Below, piece by piece: positions 8,172-22,243 of a stretch of DNA of 32,000 bases. Source of the stretch: Acinetobacter wanghuae. Lineage in GTDB: Bacteria; Pseudomonadota; Gammaproteobacteria; Pseudomonadales; Moraxellaceae. Made by a program: the position numbers and the translations under genes. The notes under the pieces were generated by a model. It was not told the origin of the DNA and did no database searches. It was given only the letters and a program-made list of their open reading frames with translations. Every line of letters begins with the position of its first letter. Position 1 is the first letter of the stretch. The DNA lies in NCBI RefSeq assembly GCF_009557235.1, contig NZ_CP045650.1, forward strand, positions 2,730,001 to 2,762,000. The letters are read 5' to 3'.

Positions 8172-8287
8172 GAGCTGGCGATGACTTACTCTCACATGGG
8201 TAATCCCACACTACCATCAGCGCTAAGAGGTTTCACTTCTGAGTTCGGGAAGGGATCAGGTGGTTCACTCTTGCTATTGTCGCCAGC
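8172..8287 (-). rRNA. rrf: 5S ribosomal RNA
   Basis: The reverse complement reads GCTGGCGACAATAGCAAGAGTGAACCACCTGATCCCTTCCCGAACTCAGAAGTGAAAC...GAGAGTAAGTCATCGCCAGC. It has the closing helix I and the conserved CCGAACTCAGAAGTGAAAC block. Confidence 0.95.
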
Positions 8288-8467
8288 ACAACTGTTTATG
8301 ATTACTCGCTATGGTCTTAGTTGCTTTCGCATGCCTAGCTTTGGTCAAAAGAGTTATTAACAGAGATATTTGAGTATCGATGTGTTGCTTAATTTTACTT
8401 AGCTTTCAAACTAAATCAAGTTGTTTTGTAGTGATTTCGACTACAACACCAACTGTTTGGGTGTTGT

Positions 8468-11362
<2,895 letters not shown>

Positions 11363-11821
11363 ATACAACCCCAAACAGTCGACGGTACCTACAAGGAGCA
11401 CCTTCAACATACAGTTCGAAGTACTGTGAATCTAATCACTGTACAGCTTCAATCAAAATCATATACCAAAACGCTTGATTCAGTTAATCGCTAGTTTCTC
11501 ATCACTTCTTATTCAACCACTCACTTAGCTTACGCTTTGTAAGTTGTTGTTTAATTAGCTCTGAGCCTTAAACAATTTATTTCAACTCAAATATATTCTG
11601 TTAATGATTGTCTACGTCCTCATCGGATCGTAGCAACTGTGATAAATCACAGAGATTACCAAGTGCGCGTATCATAACGCTTATACTTGTTAATCTCTAG
11701 AATCTAAACACTTGACAGCTCAAGGACTAATCAACCTCAGCACCGTATGATCACATACTGCGCGAAGCGTAGCTTCTTGCCTAAATTTCAAGGAAAAGCA
11801 TGCTTTTCTTGTCTTGAAATT

Positions 11822-11897
11822 TGGTGGAGACTAACGGAGTCGAACCGTTGACCTCCTGCGTGCAAAGCAGGCGCTCTACCAACTAAGCTAAGTCCCC
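11822..11897 (-). tRNA. tRNA-Ala (anticodon TGC)
   Basis: Reverse complement GGGGACTTAGCTTAGTTGGTAGAGCGCCTGCTTTGCACGCAGGAGGTCAACGGTTCGACTCCGTTAGTCTCCACCA. It folds as a cloverleaf with the G3:U70 identity pair and an encoded CCA. Confidence 0.97.
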
Positions 11898-11940
11898 AGC
11901 TTATCATTTAGATCAATGTATCTGATTTCTGTTTTGCAGA

Positions 11941-12017
<77 letters not shown>

Positions 12018-12077
12018 TCAGGTACATCGTATGAAGAACAACTTGTTGTGGATTCTTACCAATCGTCAATCTTTCGT

Positions 12078-13606
<1,529 letters not shown>

Positions 13607-13867
13607 AAAATCAGTAGTAGCTTAAAGGCTACCAATCTTGGCTCATCAATTTTCTGACAAATATTTCTCAAATAAACTTCGAGTAATTTCTACCATCAAT
13701 CAATGAAAATAATTTCGATCAATCAATCAGTAAAAATCCACACAAGTTGTTCTTCATAATCTCTTAATGATCTTCTTAATACTTCGTCAGTATTAAGAGC
13801 TGGACTTCGATAAACTTAACAACTCAGCACTTCGTGCTTCGTTCGTTTCCGTCTATCTCGTCGGTAT

Positions 13868-13905
13868 GGGTGCATTCTAGAGGATTTCAGAATCATTGCA
13901 ACCCC
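13868..13905 (-). promoter_or_regulatory. Candidate rrn promoter (P1-like)
   Basis: Minus strand reads TTGCAA (13901-13896) - 16 nt - TAGAAT (13879-13874) - GCACCC discriminator, with an A/T-rich UP-like tract upstream. A 16-bp spacer and GC-rich discriminator are the classic rrn P1 layout. A boxA-like GCTCTTAATA lies downstream (13800-13791), and the 16S processing stem pairs 13739-13757 with 12042-12060. Confidence 0.55.
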
Positions 13906-14323
13906 TAATTCACTATATTTTTCACGTATGTATCTTTTTTCTACAAAAACCATAAAAAAACTGCTTTTTTACCTATTTTTTGCACATTTTTATTAAAAAA
14001 TATCGTATTCACTGATGAAAAACCATTTTCTTATTGATCAACAATGAGCTTCATTTAAAGGTTTTAAGTCTTAATCTATAGGATTTTTTAACTTATATCT
14101 TCTATTCCACCCTTCTCGCCCACTTTTTTGGCTAATAAACCATTTTTAACTCACTCGAATTTCTTTCTATACATATAACTTAGCTTTGTTATGCGCAATT
14201 AATGGATAGATCTCGTGAATCTCGACAATCTCACAAGCTTTTTATATTTAGATGGCTTTTTTGTGTATATCCACATTGCTCGTATTTACTTAGACTATCC
14301 GCTTTATACCTAATGTCAGCAAA

Positions 14324-14953
14324 ATGCCAACATCATATATAGCAAGAGTCATTATTTTAGTGATTGGGTTATTTCTTATGGCTTTTGGGGTGGTGCTCTC
14401 CATTCACTCTGCTTTGGGCACATCTCCCATTTCATCTTTACCCTATACCTTAAGCTTTATCTTTAATATGAGTGTCGGGATGCTGACGATCCTCATGCAT
14501 ATTGTGATGATTCTTCTACAAATGCTTTTATTACAAAAAAACTTTCAATGGCATCAGTGGTTACAACTTCCTGTTGGGCTTATTTTTGGATTGATGATTG
14601 ATGCGCTCATGTGGCTGACACAAGCGTGGCAGATTCAAATCTACTCACTGCAAATTGCAATGTGCTTACTGAGCTGCTTATTCACCGCATTTGGCGTGTG
14701 TTTTGTGATTCAAGCCAATTTAGTATTTTTAGCTGGCGAGGGACTATATGCAGCTGTGTCACAACGCTTCAAGATCAGTTTTGGCAAATGTAAAACATAT
14801 GGCGATCTGATCTTGGTCTTCATTGCTGTAATTATAAGTGCCTGGATGCTCAGCGAAATCGTGGGTGTTCGTGAGGGCACGATCATCAGTGCATTATTGG
14901 TCGGCACAATGGTGAAATTTCTATTAGAAAAATTCAAACGTTTTCATTTTTAA
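14324..14953 (+). CDS. YczE/YitT-like (COG2364, DUF6198) integral membrane protein
   Basis: 209 aa with about 5-6 TM segments. The N-terminus ...LFLMAFGVVLSIHSALGTSPISSLPYTLS resembles the YczE family signature (G.SP..S.P). Confidence 0.6.
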   Translation: MPTSYIARVIILVIGLFLMAFGVVLSIHSALGTSPISSLPYTLSFIFNMSVGMLTILMHIVMILLQMLLLQKNFQWHQWLQLPVGLIFGLMIDALMWLTQAWQIQIYSLQIAMCLLSCLFTAFGVCFVIQANLVFLAGEGLYAAVSQRFKISFGKCKTYGDLILVFIAVIISAWMLSEIVGVREGTIISALLVGTMVKFLLEKFKRFHF

Positions 14954-15120
14954 TGGTGATCATTCAAATGATATGTAAAAGAAAGATATTGTTCGAGAAA
15001 AACAAGCTAGAAATTTAGGAAATAAAAAAGGAAGAGATCTCTCCCAAAATCTCCTCCTTAGAATGAATCTTTACCCGATCCAACATATCATTATTATAGT
15101 TATTCGATTTAAATCTTTAA

Positions 15121-15150
15121 AAAGAGTCTCTTGGGGAAGAGACTTTTAAA
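15121..15150. terminator. Hairpin terminator in the YczE-tyrS spacer
   Basis: AGTCTCTT-GGGG-AAGAGACT: an 8-bp stem with an A-run before it and a T-run after it. The U-tract is better on the minus strand. Confidence 0.4.
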
Positions 15151-15330
15151 TTGTGGAGTTCATTATTATGTACCACGTTTACCCTCTAGATGTGCTTAAC
15201 GCGAATTCTCTAGATGAATAAATCTTATACACAATATTTTATAAACGCAAGGCATTTGGGAAAAATTAATCGTTGTTTTTATAAGGTTTTTTTGAATTTG
15301 CTTATTCAAAATAGTAATATAGCTTTTCAT

Positions 15331-15360
15331 AAAAAAAAGCAGACCGAAGCCTGCTTTTAA
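15331..15360 (-). terminator. tyrS terminator
   Basis: Minus-strand RNA AAAAGCAGGC-UUCG-GUCUGCUUUUUUUU. Confidence 0.8.
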
Positions 15361-15381
15361 TTCAATAACTTATAACAACAC

Positions 15382-16608
15382 TTAGTCAACAAAGGTCACT
15401 TTTGCGATGGCTTTTTTACTTGCCTGAACAATCAAAGTCACTTTATCTTTCACAGAAAAACTGGTATCAACCGCATTCCAGTCTACTTTTACAGCACCAC
15501 GACCCAAAGCATCTTTTGCTTGCGCTGAATTCTTAGTCAAACCTGCTTCACGTAGAATTGACGTAATGAAAATCTCACCACCAAACTCAGACAATGAAAT
15601 CGTCACTTCAGGCGTACCTTCAGGAAGTTCACCTTCTGTAATGATATTACCTGCACCTTTATGCGCATGAGCCGCAGCTTCCGCCCCGTGGAAACGCTCA
15701 ACCAATTCAAGTGCAAGAATCTTTTTCACTTCTTGTGGGTTACGACCATCTTCAATTTCTTTTAATAAGACTTCAATGTCTTCAAGTGACTTAAAGCTTA
15801 AAAGCTCGAAGTAACGTTCAATCAATGAATCTGGCATTGAAAGTACTTTTTGATACATTGCACCTGGTGCATCAAACACACCAATATAGTTACCCAAAGA
15901 TTTAGACATCTTATTGACGCCATCCAAACCTTCAAGAATTGGCACTGTAATACACACTTGCGGCTCTTGATCATAACGACCTTGCAGTGTACGCCCCATC
16001 AACAAGTTGAAAGTTTGGTCTGTACCGCCCATTTCAACATCGGCTTCAAGCGCAACAGAGTCATAACCCTGAACCAATGGATACAAGAATTCGTGAATTG
16101 CGATCGGCTGTTGATTGTTATAACGCTTGGTAAAATCATCACGTTCAAGCATACGTGCAACTGTTTGTTGCGATGCCAATTGAATTAAATCAGCAGCAGA
16201 TTTCTCTGCAAACCATTCAGAGTTGAAGACAACCTTGGTTTTATTTGGGTCAAGAATTTTAAACACTTGTTCTTGATATGTTTTTGCATTCGCTAACACT
16301 TGTTCACGTGACAATGGTGGACGTGTCGCACTTTTACCTGTTGGGTCACCAATCATGGCAGTATAGTCGCCAATCAAGAAGTAAACTTCATGACCTAAAT
16401 CTTGGAAAACTTTTAATTTATTAATTAAAACTGTATGACCTAAGTGCAAATCAGGGGCTGTAGGATCAAAACCCGCTTTAATTTTTAATGGACGATTCAG
16501 CTTTAATTTTTTCAGAAGATCTTCTTCAGAAATAATTTCGTGGGTGCCTCGTTGAATGAGGGCAAGTTGTTCTTCAGCCGGCAGGAAATTTGACATCACA
16601 AAATCCAA
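15382..16608 (-). CDS. tyrS: Tyrosine--tRNA ligase (type 2, with C-terminal S4-like domain)
   Basis: HIGH motif (DLHLGHTV), KMSKS motif ([10 protein letters not shown]) and a class I TyrRS pattern throughout. The start may be the second ATG at 16596 ([10 protein letters not shown]...). Confidence 0.93.
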   Translation of the reverse strand: MDFVMSNFLPAEEQLALIQRGTHEIISEEDLLKKLKLNRPLKIKAGFDPTAPDLHLGHTVLINKLKVFQDLGHEVYFLIGDYTAMIGDPTGKSATRPPLSREQVLANAKTYQEQVFKILDPNKTKVVFNSEWFAEKSAADLIQLASQQTVARMLERDDFTKRYNNQQPIAIHEFLYPLVQGYDSVALEADVEMGGTDQTFNLLMGRTLQGRYDQEPQVCITVPILEGLDGVNKMSKSLGNYIGVFDAPGAMYQKVLSMPDSLIERYFELLSFKSLEDIEVLLKEIEDGRNPQEVKKILALELVERFHGAEAAAHAHKGAGNIITEGELPEGTPEVTISLSEFGGEIFITSILREAGLTKNSAQAKDALGRGAVKVDWNAVDTSFSVKDKVTLIVQASKKAIAKVTFVD

Positions 16609-16677
16609 ATAGATCAGTTATACAATTTGTGCGATATACTAACACTTTTTCAGCACATTGCAGGCTTAAGAATAACC

Positions 16678-17805
16678 ATGACAGCGATCTATATTGGGGT
16701 AATGACCGGCACAAGCATGGATGGTGTCGACATCGTTGCTGCTTCTTTTGATCCTCTACAACTTCATGCCACCCTTACTCTTCCATTCGATCCTGACCTT
16801 CGTGATGAACTCATGGCGCTGACTTTGCCAGATGACAACGAAATTGATCGCATGGGCAAAGCCGATGTTGCTTTAGCTAAAATGATTGGGCATGGTATTA
16901 ATGCGCTGATTGAAAAAAATAATCTTGATCGCAATCAAATTAAAGCCATTGGTTCACATGGACAAACCATTCGCCACCGTCCAGAACATGCGTTTACCTT
17001 ACAAATTGGCGATCCAAATATCATTACAGAAATTACGAACATTCCAGTGATTTCAGATTTCCGTCGTCGTGATTTAGCCGCTGGCGGACAAGGTGCGCCT
17101 TTAGTGCCTGCTTTTCACCAAGATATTTTCCAACACGAATCAATTCACCGCGTCATTTTAAATTTAGGCGGTATCGCCAATGTAAGTTTGTTGCCTGCCG
17201 GAAAGCCTGAAGATGTCTATGGCTTTGATACTGGACCTGCCAACATTTTGATGGATGCATGGTGCGAACGTTATACCGGCCAGCCTTATGATGAAAATGG
17301 CAATTGGGCAGCTTATGGAACCCCAATTCGCAGCTTACTTGACCGTTTACAAGAACATGAATTTTTCTCGAAAGAACCCCCAAAAAGCACAGGACGTGAA
17401 GATTTCAATCTTGAATGGCTTGATGAACAAATTTTAGATTGGCGTAATGATCTACAATATGATGAATTAGAAGACACGCCTGAAAATGTGCAGGCCACTT
17501 TAATGAAACTCACCACGCGTGCGATTAAAAAAGCAATTTATCGTTCAGGTATGGAAACAGGTGAAGTCTACGTTTGTGGAGGTGGTGCCTATAATTCAAA
17601 CCTACTTGAACAATTACGCTGGCGTTTACGCAAACACAATTGGAGCGTACAAACCACAGCAGATTTAGGTTTAAGTCCGACATGGGTTGAAGGTACTGCT
17701 TTTGCTTGGTTGGCTATGCGCTTTATGAATCAACTGAGTGGTAATTTACCTGCTGTAACCGGTGCTTCAGGTTATCGGGTATTGGGTACCATTACTTCAG
17801 TTTAA
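16678..17805 (+). CDS. anmK: Anhydro-N-acetylmuramic acid kinase
   Basis: The N-terminus MTAIYIGVMTGTSMDGVDIV matches the AnmK G.MSGTS.DG.D motif, and a GGG..N block is present near the C-terminus. The track's TTG start at 16627 adds 17 unconserved residues, so ATG 16678 is preferred. Confidence 0.9.
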   Translation: MTAIYIGVMTGTSMDGVDIVAASFDPLQLHATLTLPFDPDLRDELMALTLPDDNEIDRMGKADVALAKMIGHGINALIEKNNLDRNQIKAIGSHGQTIRHRPEHAFTLQIGDPNIITEITNIPVISDFRRRDLAAGGQGAPLVPAFHQDIFQHESIHRVILNLGGIANVSLLPAGKPEDVYGFDTGPANILMDAWCERYTGQPYDENGNWAAYGTPIRSLLDRLQEHEFFSKEPPKSTGREDFNLEWLDEQILDWRNDLQYDELEDTPENVQATLMKLTTRAIKKAIYRSGMETGEVYVCGGGAYNSNLLEQLRWRLRKHNWSVQTTADLGLSPTWVEGTAFAWLAMRFMNQLSGNLPAVTGASGYRVLGTITSV

Positions 17806-17833
17806 GTTTCAAAAAGTACCTATATATAGTCAT

Positions 17834-17863
17834 AAAAAAGGTCTGCAAACGCAGACCTTTTTA
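17834..17863. terminator. Bidirectional terminator between convergent anmK and the lytic transglycosylase
   Basis: AAAAAAGGTCTGC-AAAC-GCAGACCTTTTT. Confidence 0.85.
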
Positions 17864-17872
17864 AATAAGCCG

Positions 17873-19162
17873 TTATCTTAAAATTTTCTTGGCATTTTCA
17901 TCCCGAAAAGCTTTTAAAATTTGCTGTCCTGCACGCCCTGTTAGACTTAAGCCCAAACGACTTTGCTCTTGACGAATAGCTTGACGAGATTTATCACCAA
18001 TCAGACCATCGACCTCACCAATATCATAGCCGCGGTTTAATAAAAACTGTTGAATTTCACGACGCTCTGCACGCGAAGTACCGGCATCAGCTGTTGGCCA
18101 AGTTTGTTTGAAGCCACCCTGTCCTTGTAAACGATCGGATAAATGTGCAATCGCTAAAGCATAACTTTCAGCAGCGTTATAACTATAAATCGCATCGAAG
18201 TTTTTAAACACGAGGAAGACAGGACCGCTTGCACCGGCAGGTGCCATAAGTCCCGCTTGTGAATATTCAGACAAACTACCTTGAATAAGTGGCGAACCAT
18301 CAGCCCGCACCACTCCACGACTCATCCAAGTATTTAAAGCCTTTTTATTTTTACGACTTTCTCCTGAAATTGACATATTTTCAGGAATTTTGACTTCAAA
18401 TCCCCATGGCTGACCATTTTGCCAACCGCGCTTATTCAAAAAATTGGCGGTCGAAGCCAATGCATCTGGAATACTGCTCACTAAATCACGTCGACCGTCA
18501 CCATCAAAGTCAACTGCGAGCTCATCATAAGTCGAAGGCATAAACTGCGTATGACCGAAAGCGCCTGCCCATGAACCTTTTAATTGATCTTCACTGACAT
18601 CGCCACGTTGTAATAATTTTAACGTCGTGAAAAATTCACCACCGAAATAGCCTTGTCGACGCCCTTCACAACTCAACGTCCCGAGTGACTGCAATAAAGG
18701 ATATTTTCCTGCGATATCTCCAAAATTACTTTCTACTCCCCAAACTGCAACGACTGTTTCTGCAGGTACGCCATAACGCGCTGCAACACGATCTAAGACG
18801 CTTCGATGCTGTTGTAATTTTTGGCGCCCCAATTGCACACGCTCTTCGTCAACGAGACCAGATAAATAGTCCCAAATAGGTGTCGAAAACTCAGGTTGAT
18901 AGTTGAGTTTCTCTATAACTGAATAATCAGGCGTTAAATTTTGCGTATAACGATCATACGTTGCAGCACTCACACCTTTCGAGATGGCTTGAGATTTTAA
19001 GTTCGCCAAGCAATTTTGAAACGTATTAGAAGTTGGTGAATAAGAGACACCACGAGTTGATAAGTCAGCAGGTGCTACTCGCTGCCCATTCATAATTAAT
19101 TCAGCATGTGCCTGTGAAGCTGCCAAAACCACACAACCAACAAAAAGTGCAAGCCGTTGCAT
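17873..19162 (-). CDS. Lytic murein transglycosylase (MltB/SLT_2 family) with C-terminal peptidoglycan-binding domain
   Basis: 429 aa with a signal peptide (MQRLALFVGCVVLAASQAHA). The MltB-family blocks VWGVESNFG and GAFGHTQFMPSTY are present. The C-terminal PG_binding_1-like repeat reads IQQFLLNRGYDIGEVDGLIGDKSRQAIRQEQ. Confidence 0.9.
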   Translation of the reverse strand: MQRLALFVGCVVLAASQAHAELIMNGQRVAPADLSTRGVSYSPTSNTFQNCLANLKSQAISKGVSAATYDRYTQNLTPDYSVIEKLNYQPEFSTPIWDYLSGLVDEERVQLGRQKLQQHRSVLDRVAARYGVPAETVVAVWGVESNFGDIAGKYPLLQSLGTLSCEGRRQGYFGGEFFTTLKLLQRGDVSEDQLKGSWAGAFGHTQFMPSTYDELAVDFDGDGRRDLVSSIPDALASTANFLNKRGWQNGQPWGFEVKIPENMSISGESRKNKKALNTWMSRGVVRADGSPLIQGSLSEYSQAGLMAPAGASGPVFLVFKNFDAIYSYNAAESYALAIAHLSDRLQGQGGFKQTWPTADAGTSRAERREIQQFLLNRGYDIGEVDGLIGDKSRQAIRQEQSRLGLSLTGRAGQQILKAFRDENAKKILR

Positions 19163-19242
19163 AAGACCCTTTCATACTTAGATTTCGAATTATAGATTTA
19201 CCTTAACAGCTCAAATTAAAAATGAAAGCATGCAAACGTAAC

Positions 19243-19618
19243 TTTAAATTCATAATTCCTGTATTTTTAAATTCATTTTGTTGTTTTGAATTCAAAACCT
19301 TATCCACAGTATTTTTTAAATTTAAAAACCGCGATATCTTTTGAATTTAAAATTAAAAATTGGCGCTAATAGTTATGAATTCAAAATACTACCTGTGAGT
19401 AACTTTGATACTATTTTTTTAATTGGATATTTATCAAAATCTTAAGCTGTGTATAAAAAATAAAGCGCGATCCAATTATTTTAAATTTAAAACTTTGAAT
19501 TCATAGTAGTGATTTGAATTTAAATTCATAACTTGCATGTCTCAGACTTTAAATTCAAAACGTATTTTTTAAATTTATTATTTTGAATTCAAAACCGTCA
19601 CATTCTTTTAAATTCAAA
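19243..19618. repeat. Array of about 14 AATT-centred palindromic 12-mers (consensus TTTRAATTYAWA)
   Basis: Copies start at 19243, 19266, 19285, 19315, 19340, 19374 (cluster 1) and 19480, 19495, 19513, 19519, 19548, 19568, 19582, 19607 (cluster 2). TTTGAATTCAAA, a perfect palindrome, occurs at 19285 and 19582. GAATTC occurs 4 times. Confidence 0.8.
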
Positions 19619-19766
19619 GTATTTCTCTTGGAACAAAAAAGGTCTGACTGGGCATTTTTTATTTATTATTGATTGTATATTTTTTAGACTATTGAAATAT
19701 ATCGTGATCCGATAAATGGATGTCATATTTTCAAGAGGCGCAATCATGCCTGAATCAAAGCAAATA

Positions 19767-19798
19767 AAAAAGCGACCACTGGAGTGATCGCTTTTTTT
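19767..19798 (-). terminator. purEK operon terminator
   Basis: Minus-strand RNA AAAAAAAGCGAUCAC-UCCA-GUGGUCGCUUUUUU: a 9-bp stem including one G:U pair. Confidence 0.8.
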
Positions 19799-19814
19799 AT
19801 CAGCAAGTTAACGC

Positions 19815-20936
19815 TTAGATGCTCATATCTTCGCTCAATGCCAATGGATTCGGTAAAATTTTCGCCAATTGACGACATAAAGTGGTGAGTTCTGCACTGT
19901 CATTCGGCATTAAAGTGATATGACCAATTTTACGACCTTCACGCTCTGACTTATTATAAAGATGCAGATGTGCGCCTTCTAAAGCCAATACATCTTCAGT
20001 CTTTGGATGCTGACCAATAATATTCACCAGAACCGTTGGACGAATGATGTCAGTCGAACCTAGGGGTAAACCTGCAACGGCACGAATATGATTTTCAAAC
20101 TGCGAGCATACTGCGCCTTCAATCGACCAATGTCCTGAGTTATGTACGCGTGGCGCCATCTCATTGGCATATAAGCCTTTGTCTGTCACAAACAGCTCAA
20201 GCGTTAACACACCGACATAGTTCAAATGATTGAGCAGGCGAGTGATGTAATCTTGCGCCACAGGCTGTAAATCTGCACTGTTCGGTGCAGGTACAATCGA
20301 GTGCGACAAGATGCCATTATGATGATGGTTTTCAGCCAATGGCCAAGTTTTCACATCACCATTTTGACCACGCACCGCAATAATCGACACTTCACGCGAG
20401 AAAGTCACAAAACTTTCTGCAATCAGTTCACCGGCAGGACCAAGTTCCGCCCATGCTTGCCCAATTTGATCGGCTGTACGCAGTACAAACTGACCTTTAC
20501 CATCGTAACCACCACGTGAGGTTTTTAACACGATCGGTAGACCGAGTTCAGCGACGACGCTTTGTAAGCTTTCAATTGAAGTCACGGCTTTATACGGCGC
20601 AACTGGAATATCAAGTTCATCAAATAAGGCTTTTTCAGACAAGCGATGTTGGGCAATCGCGAGTGCCTGACGTGGTGGATGCAGGTCTTTGTTTTTGGTT
20701 AATACATCAACATCAGCAAGTGGGGTATTTTCAAACTCAAGTGAAAATACTTCTGCGCTATTGATAAAATCTTGCAGACCATTTTCAGCTTTGGTCGAAA
20801 TGACTTGACCTAAGGCAGCTGAAGGGCAGTCAGTACTTGCTTCAAAAAAGGTACATTGAATGTTTAAAGGCAATGCAGCTTGCGCCATCATACGACCAAG
20901 CTGACCACCACCAAAAATACCAATGGTTTTATCCAT
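19815..20936 (-). CDS. purK: N5-carboxyaminoimidazole ribonucleotide synthase
   Basis: 373 aa. The N-terminal IGIFGGGQLGRMM and an ATP-grasp pattern are present, and it lies immediately downstream of purE. Confidence 0.92.
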   Translation of the reverse strand: MDKTIGIFGGGQLGRMMAQAALPLNIQCTFFEASTDCPSAALGQVISTKAENGLQDFINSAEVFSLEFENTPLADVDVLTKNKDLHPPRQALAIAQHRLSEKALFDELDIPVAPYKAVTSIESLQSVVAELGLPIVLKTSRGGYDGKGQFVLRTADQIGQAWAELGPAGELIAESFVTFSREVSIIAVRGQNGDVKTWPLAENHHHNGILSHSIVPAPNSADLQPVAQDYITRLLNHLNYVGVLTLELFVTDKGLYANEMAPRVHNSGHWSIEGAVCSQFENHIRAVAGLPLGSTDIIRPTVLVNIIGQHPKTEDVLALEGAHLHLYNKSEREGRKIGHITLMPNDSAELTTLCRQLAKILPNPLALSEDMSI

Positions 20937-20964
20937 GAGAATCTTTCCTTATTTAAGCGTTGAC

Positions 20965-21477
20965 TTAGGCTTGACCCGGAATGTTTTTGCTTGCCACTTT
21001 CTCAGTTTGTGCTGCACGGAAATCTGCGACATTTTTGGCGATGCTAGGGCGTGTCAAACCTAAAATTTGTGCTGCCATAATTGCAGCATTAGTCGCACCT
21101 GCAGGACCGATTGCGAGTGTACCGACTGCAATACCAGCAGGCATTTGTACGATTGAAAGCAATGAATCAACACCGTTTAAAATCGATGATTTCACAGGCA
21201 CACCCAAAACAGGAAGATCAGTCTTCGCGGCACACATGCCCGGTAAATGCGCAGCACCACCAGCACCGGCAATAATCACTTGAATCCCACGCTCACGTGC
21301 TGTTTCGGCATATTCAAATAAACGATCTGGAGTACGATGTGCAGAAACCACTTCCGCTTCAAATGGGACACCAAGTTGCTTAAGCATATTGGCAGTGTGT
21401 TCGAGCGTTGCCCAGTCTGACTGAGAACCCATGATAATTCCAACGAGAGGAGTGTCTTGTGAAGCGGCCGCATTCAT
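20965..21477 (-). CDS. purE: N5-carboxyaminoimidazole ribonucleotide mutase (class I PurE)
   Basis: 170 aa with the PurE signatures [18 protein letters not shown] and [10 protein letters not shown]. Confidence 0.95.
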   Translation of the reverse strand: MNAAASQDTPLVGIIMGSQSDWATLEHTANMLKQLGVPFEAEVVSAHRTPDRLFEYAETARERGIQVIIAGAGGAAHLPGMCAAKTDLPVLGVPVKSSILNGVDSLLSIVQMPAGIAVGTLAIGPAGATNAAIMAAQILGLTRPSIAKNVADFRAAQTEKVASKNIPGQA

Positions 21478-21671
21478 TGCAATGTTTCCAGAGATTAGTT
21501 AAGAGAGATAAATCCCGACTAGCGCCAAGCTTTAATAAGAGCCGATATTATAGACTGAAAATTCAACTTCTTAAAATTTAACGGTCAAAGCAAGGCTCGA
21601 TTTTTATTGTTTTTTTCTACGTTTTTTAAAATATTGCTGAAAAATAGCCGACTAATGTCTGAACACTGCTA

Positions 21672-22022
21672 TTACTGACTTCGGAAGACAAAATACACAC
21701 ATCCACATAGGCACAGTGCCGCCCATACATAGTCTAATTTAAACGGTTGTTTAAACAGGAAAATCATAAATGGAACGAAGACGAGCAGCGTCACCACTTC
21801 TTGGGTGATCTTCATTTCTCCGACTGCCCACCCATTTTGAGCCAGTAAACGTGTCGCAGGAATCATCAGACTATATTCAAATAGTGCAATAAACCAACTG
21901 AATAAAACTGCCTGCCAAATCGGGGCATCATGCGGTAAAAACTTTAAATGTCCGTACCAAGCCAACGTCATAAAACAATTGGCACAGATTAATAATAAAA
22001 GCGGCCACGCCATGAAAATCAT
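21672..22022 (-). CDS. DMT-superfamily small membrane protein (DUF486)
   Basis: 116 aa with 4 TM segments. The N-terminal ...ANCFMTLAWYGHLKF is characteristic of DUF486. Confidence 0.7.
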   Translation of the reverse strand: MIFMAWPLLLLICANCFMTLAWYGHLKFLPHDAPIWQAVLFSWFIALFEYSLMIPATRLLAQNGWAVGEMKITQEVVTLLVFVPFMIFLFKQPFKLDYVWAALCLCGCVYFVFRSQ

Positions 22023-22243
22023 CTATCTTTTAAAATGAAAATCTATTTTACGTTGCTTTTAACTTAAACAGTGAATACCCCATCAATTTTTTAAACAGAT
22101 CAATGCCAAACAATACTGAGAATTTTCCATCACGCTGATGCTATCTTTTCGCTTTAAGCCTTGCTATCGTTGCCTGTAAATCGAATAAATCATGACAACA
22201 GCACAAAAACAAAGTGATGTGTCAGCAAAATGGAGTGAAGTCG

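Noticed and set aside
19222-19341. 39-codon plus-strand ORF (MKACKRNFKFIIPVFLNSF...) running through repeat cluster 1
   Set aside because: The frame is generated by the AT-rich repeats themselves (Phe/Lys/Asn-rich). It has no SD and no terminator.
19513-19530. TTTGAATTTAAATTCATA resembles an E. coli-type ARG box (TGAAT-N4-ATTCA)
   Set aside because: Only this one composite of two overlapping 12-mers has ARG-box spacing. The other 12 copies do not, the usual tandem pair of boxes 3 bp apart is missing, and no arginine genes are adjacent. I treat it as part of the unexplained 12-mer array.
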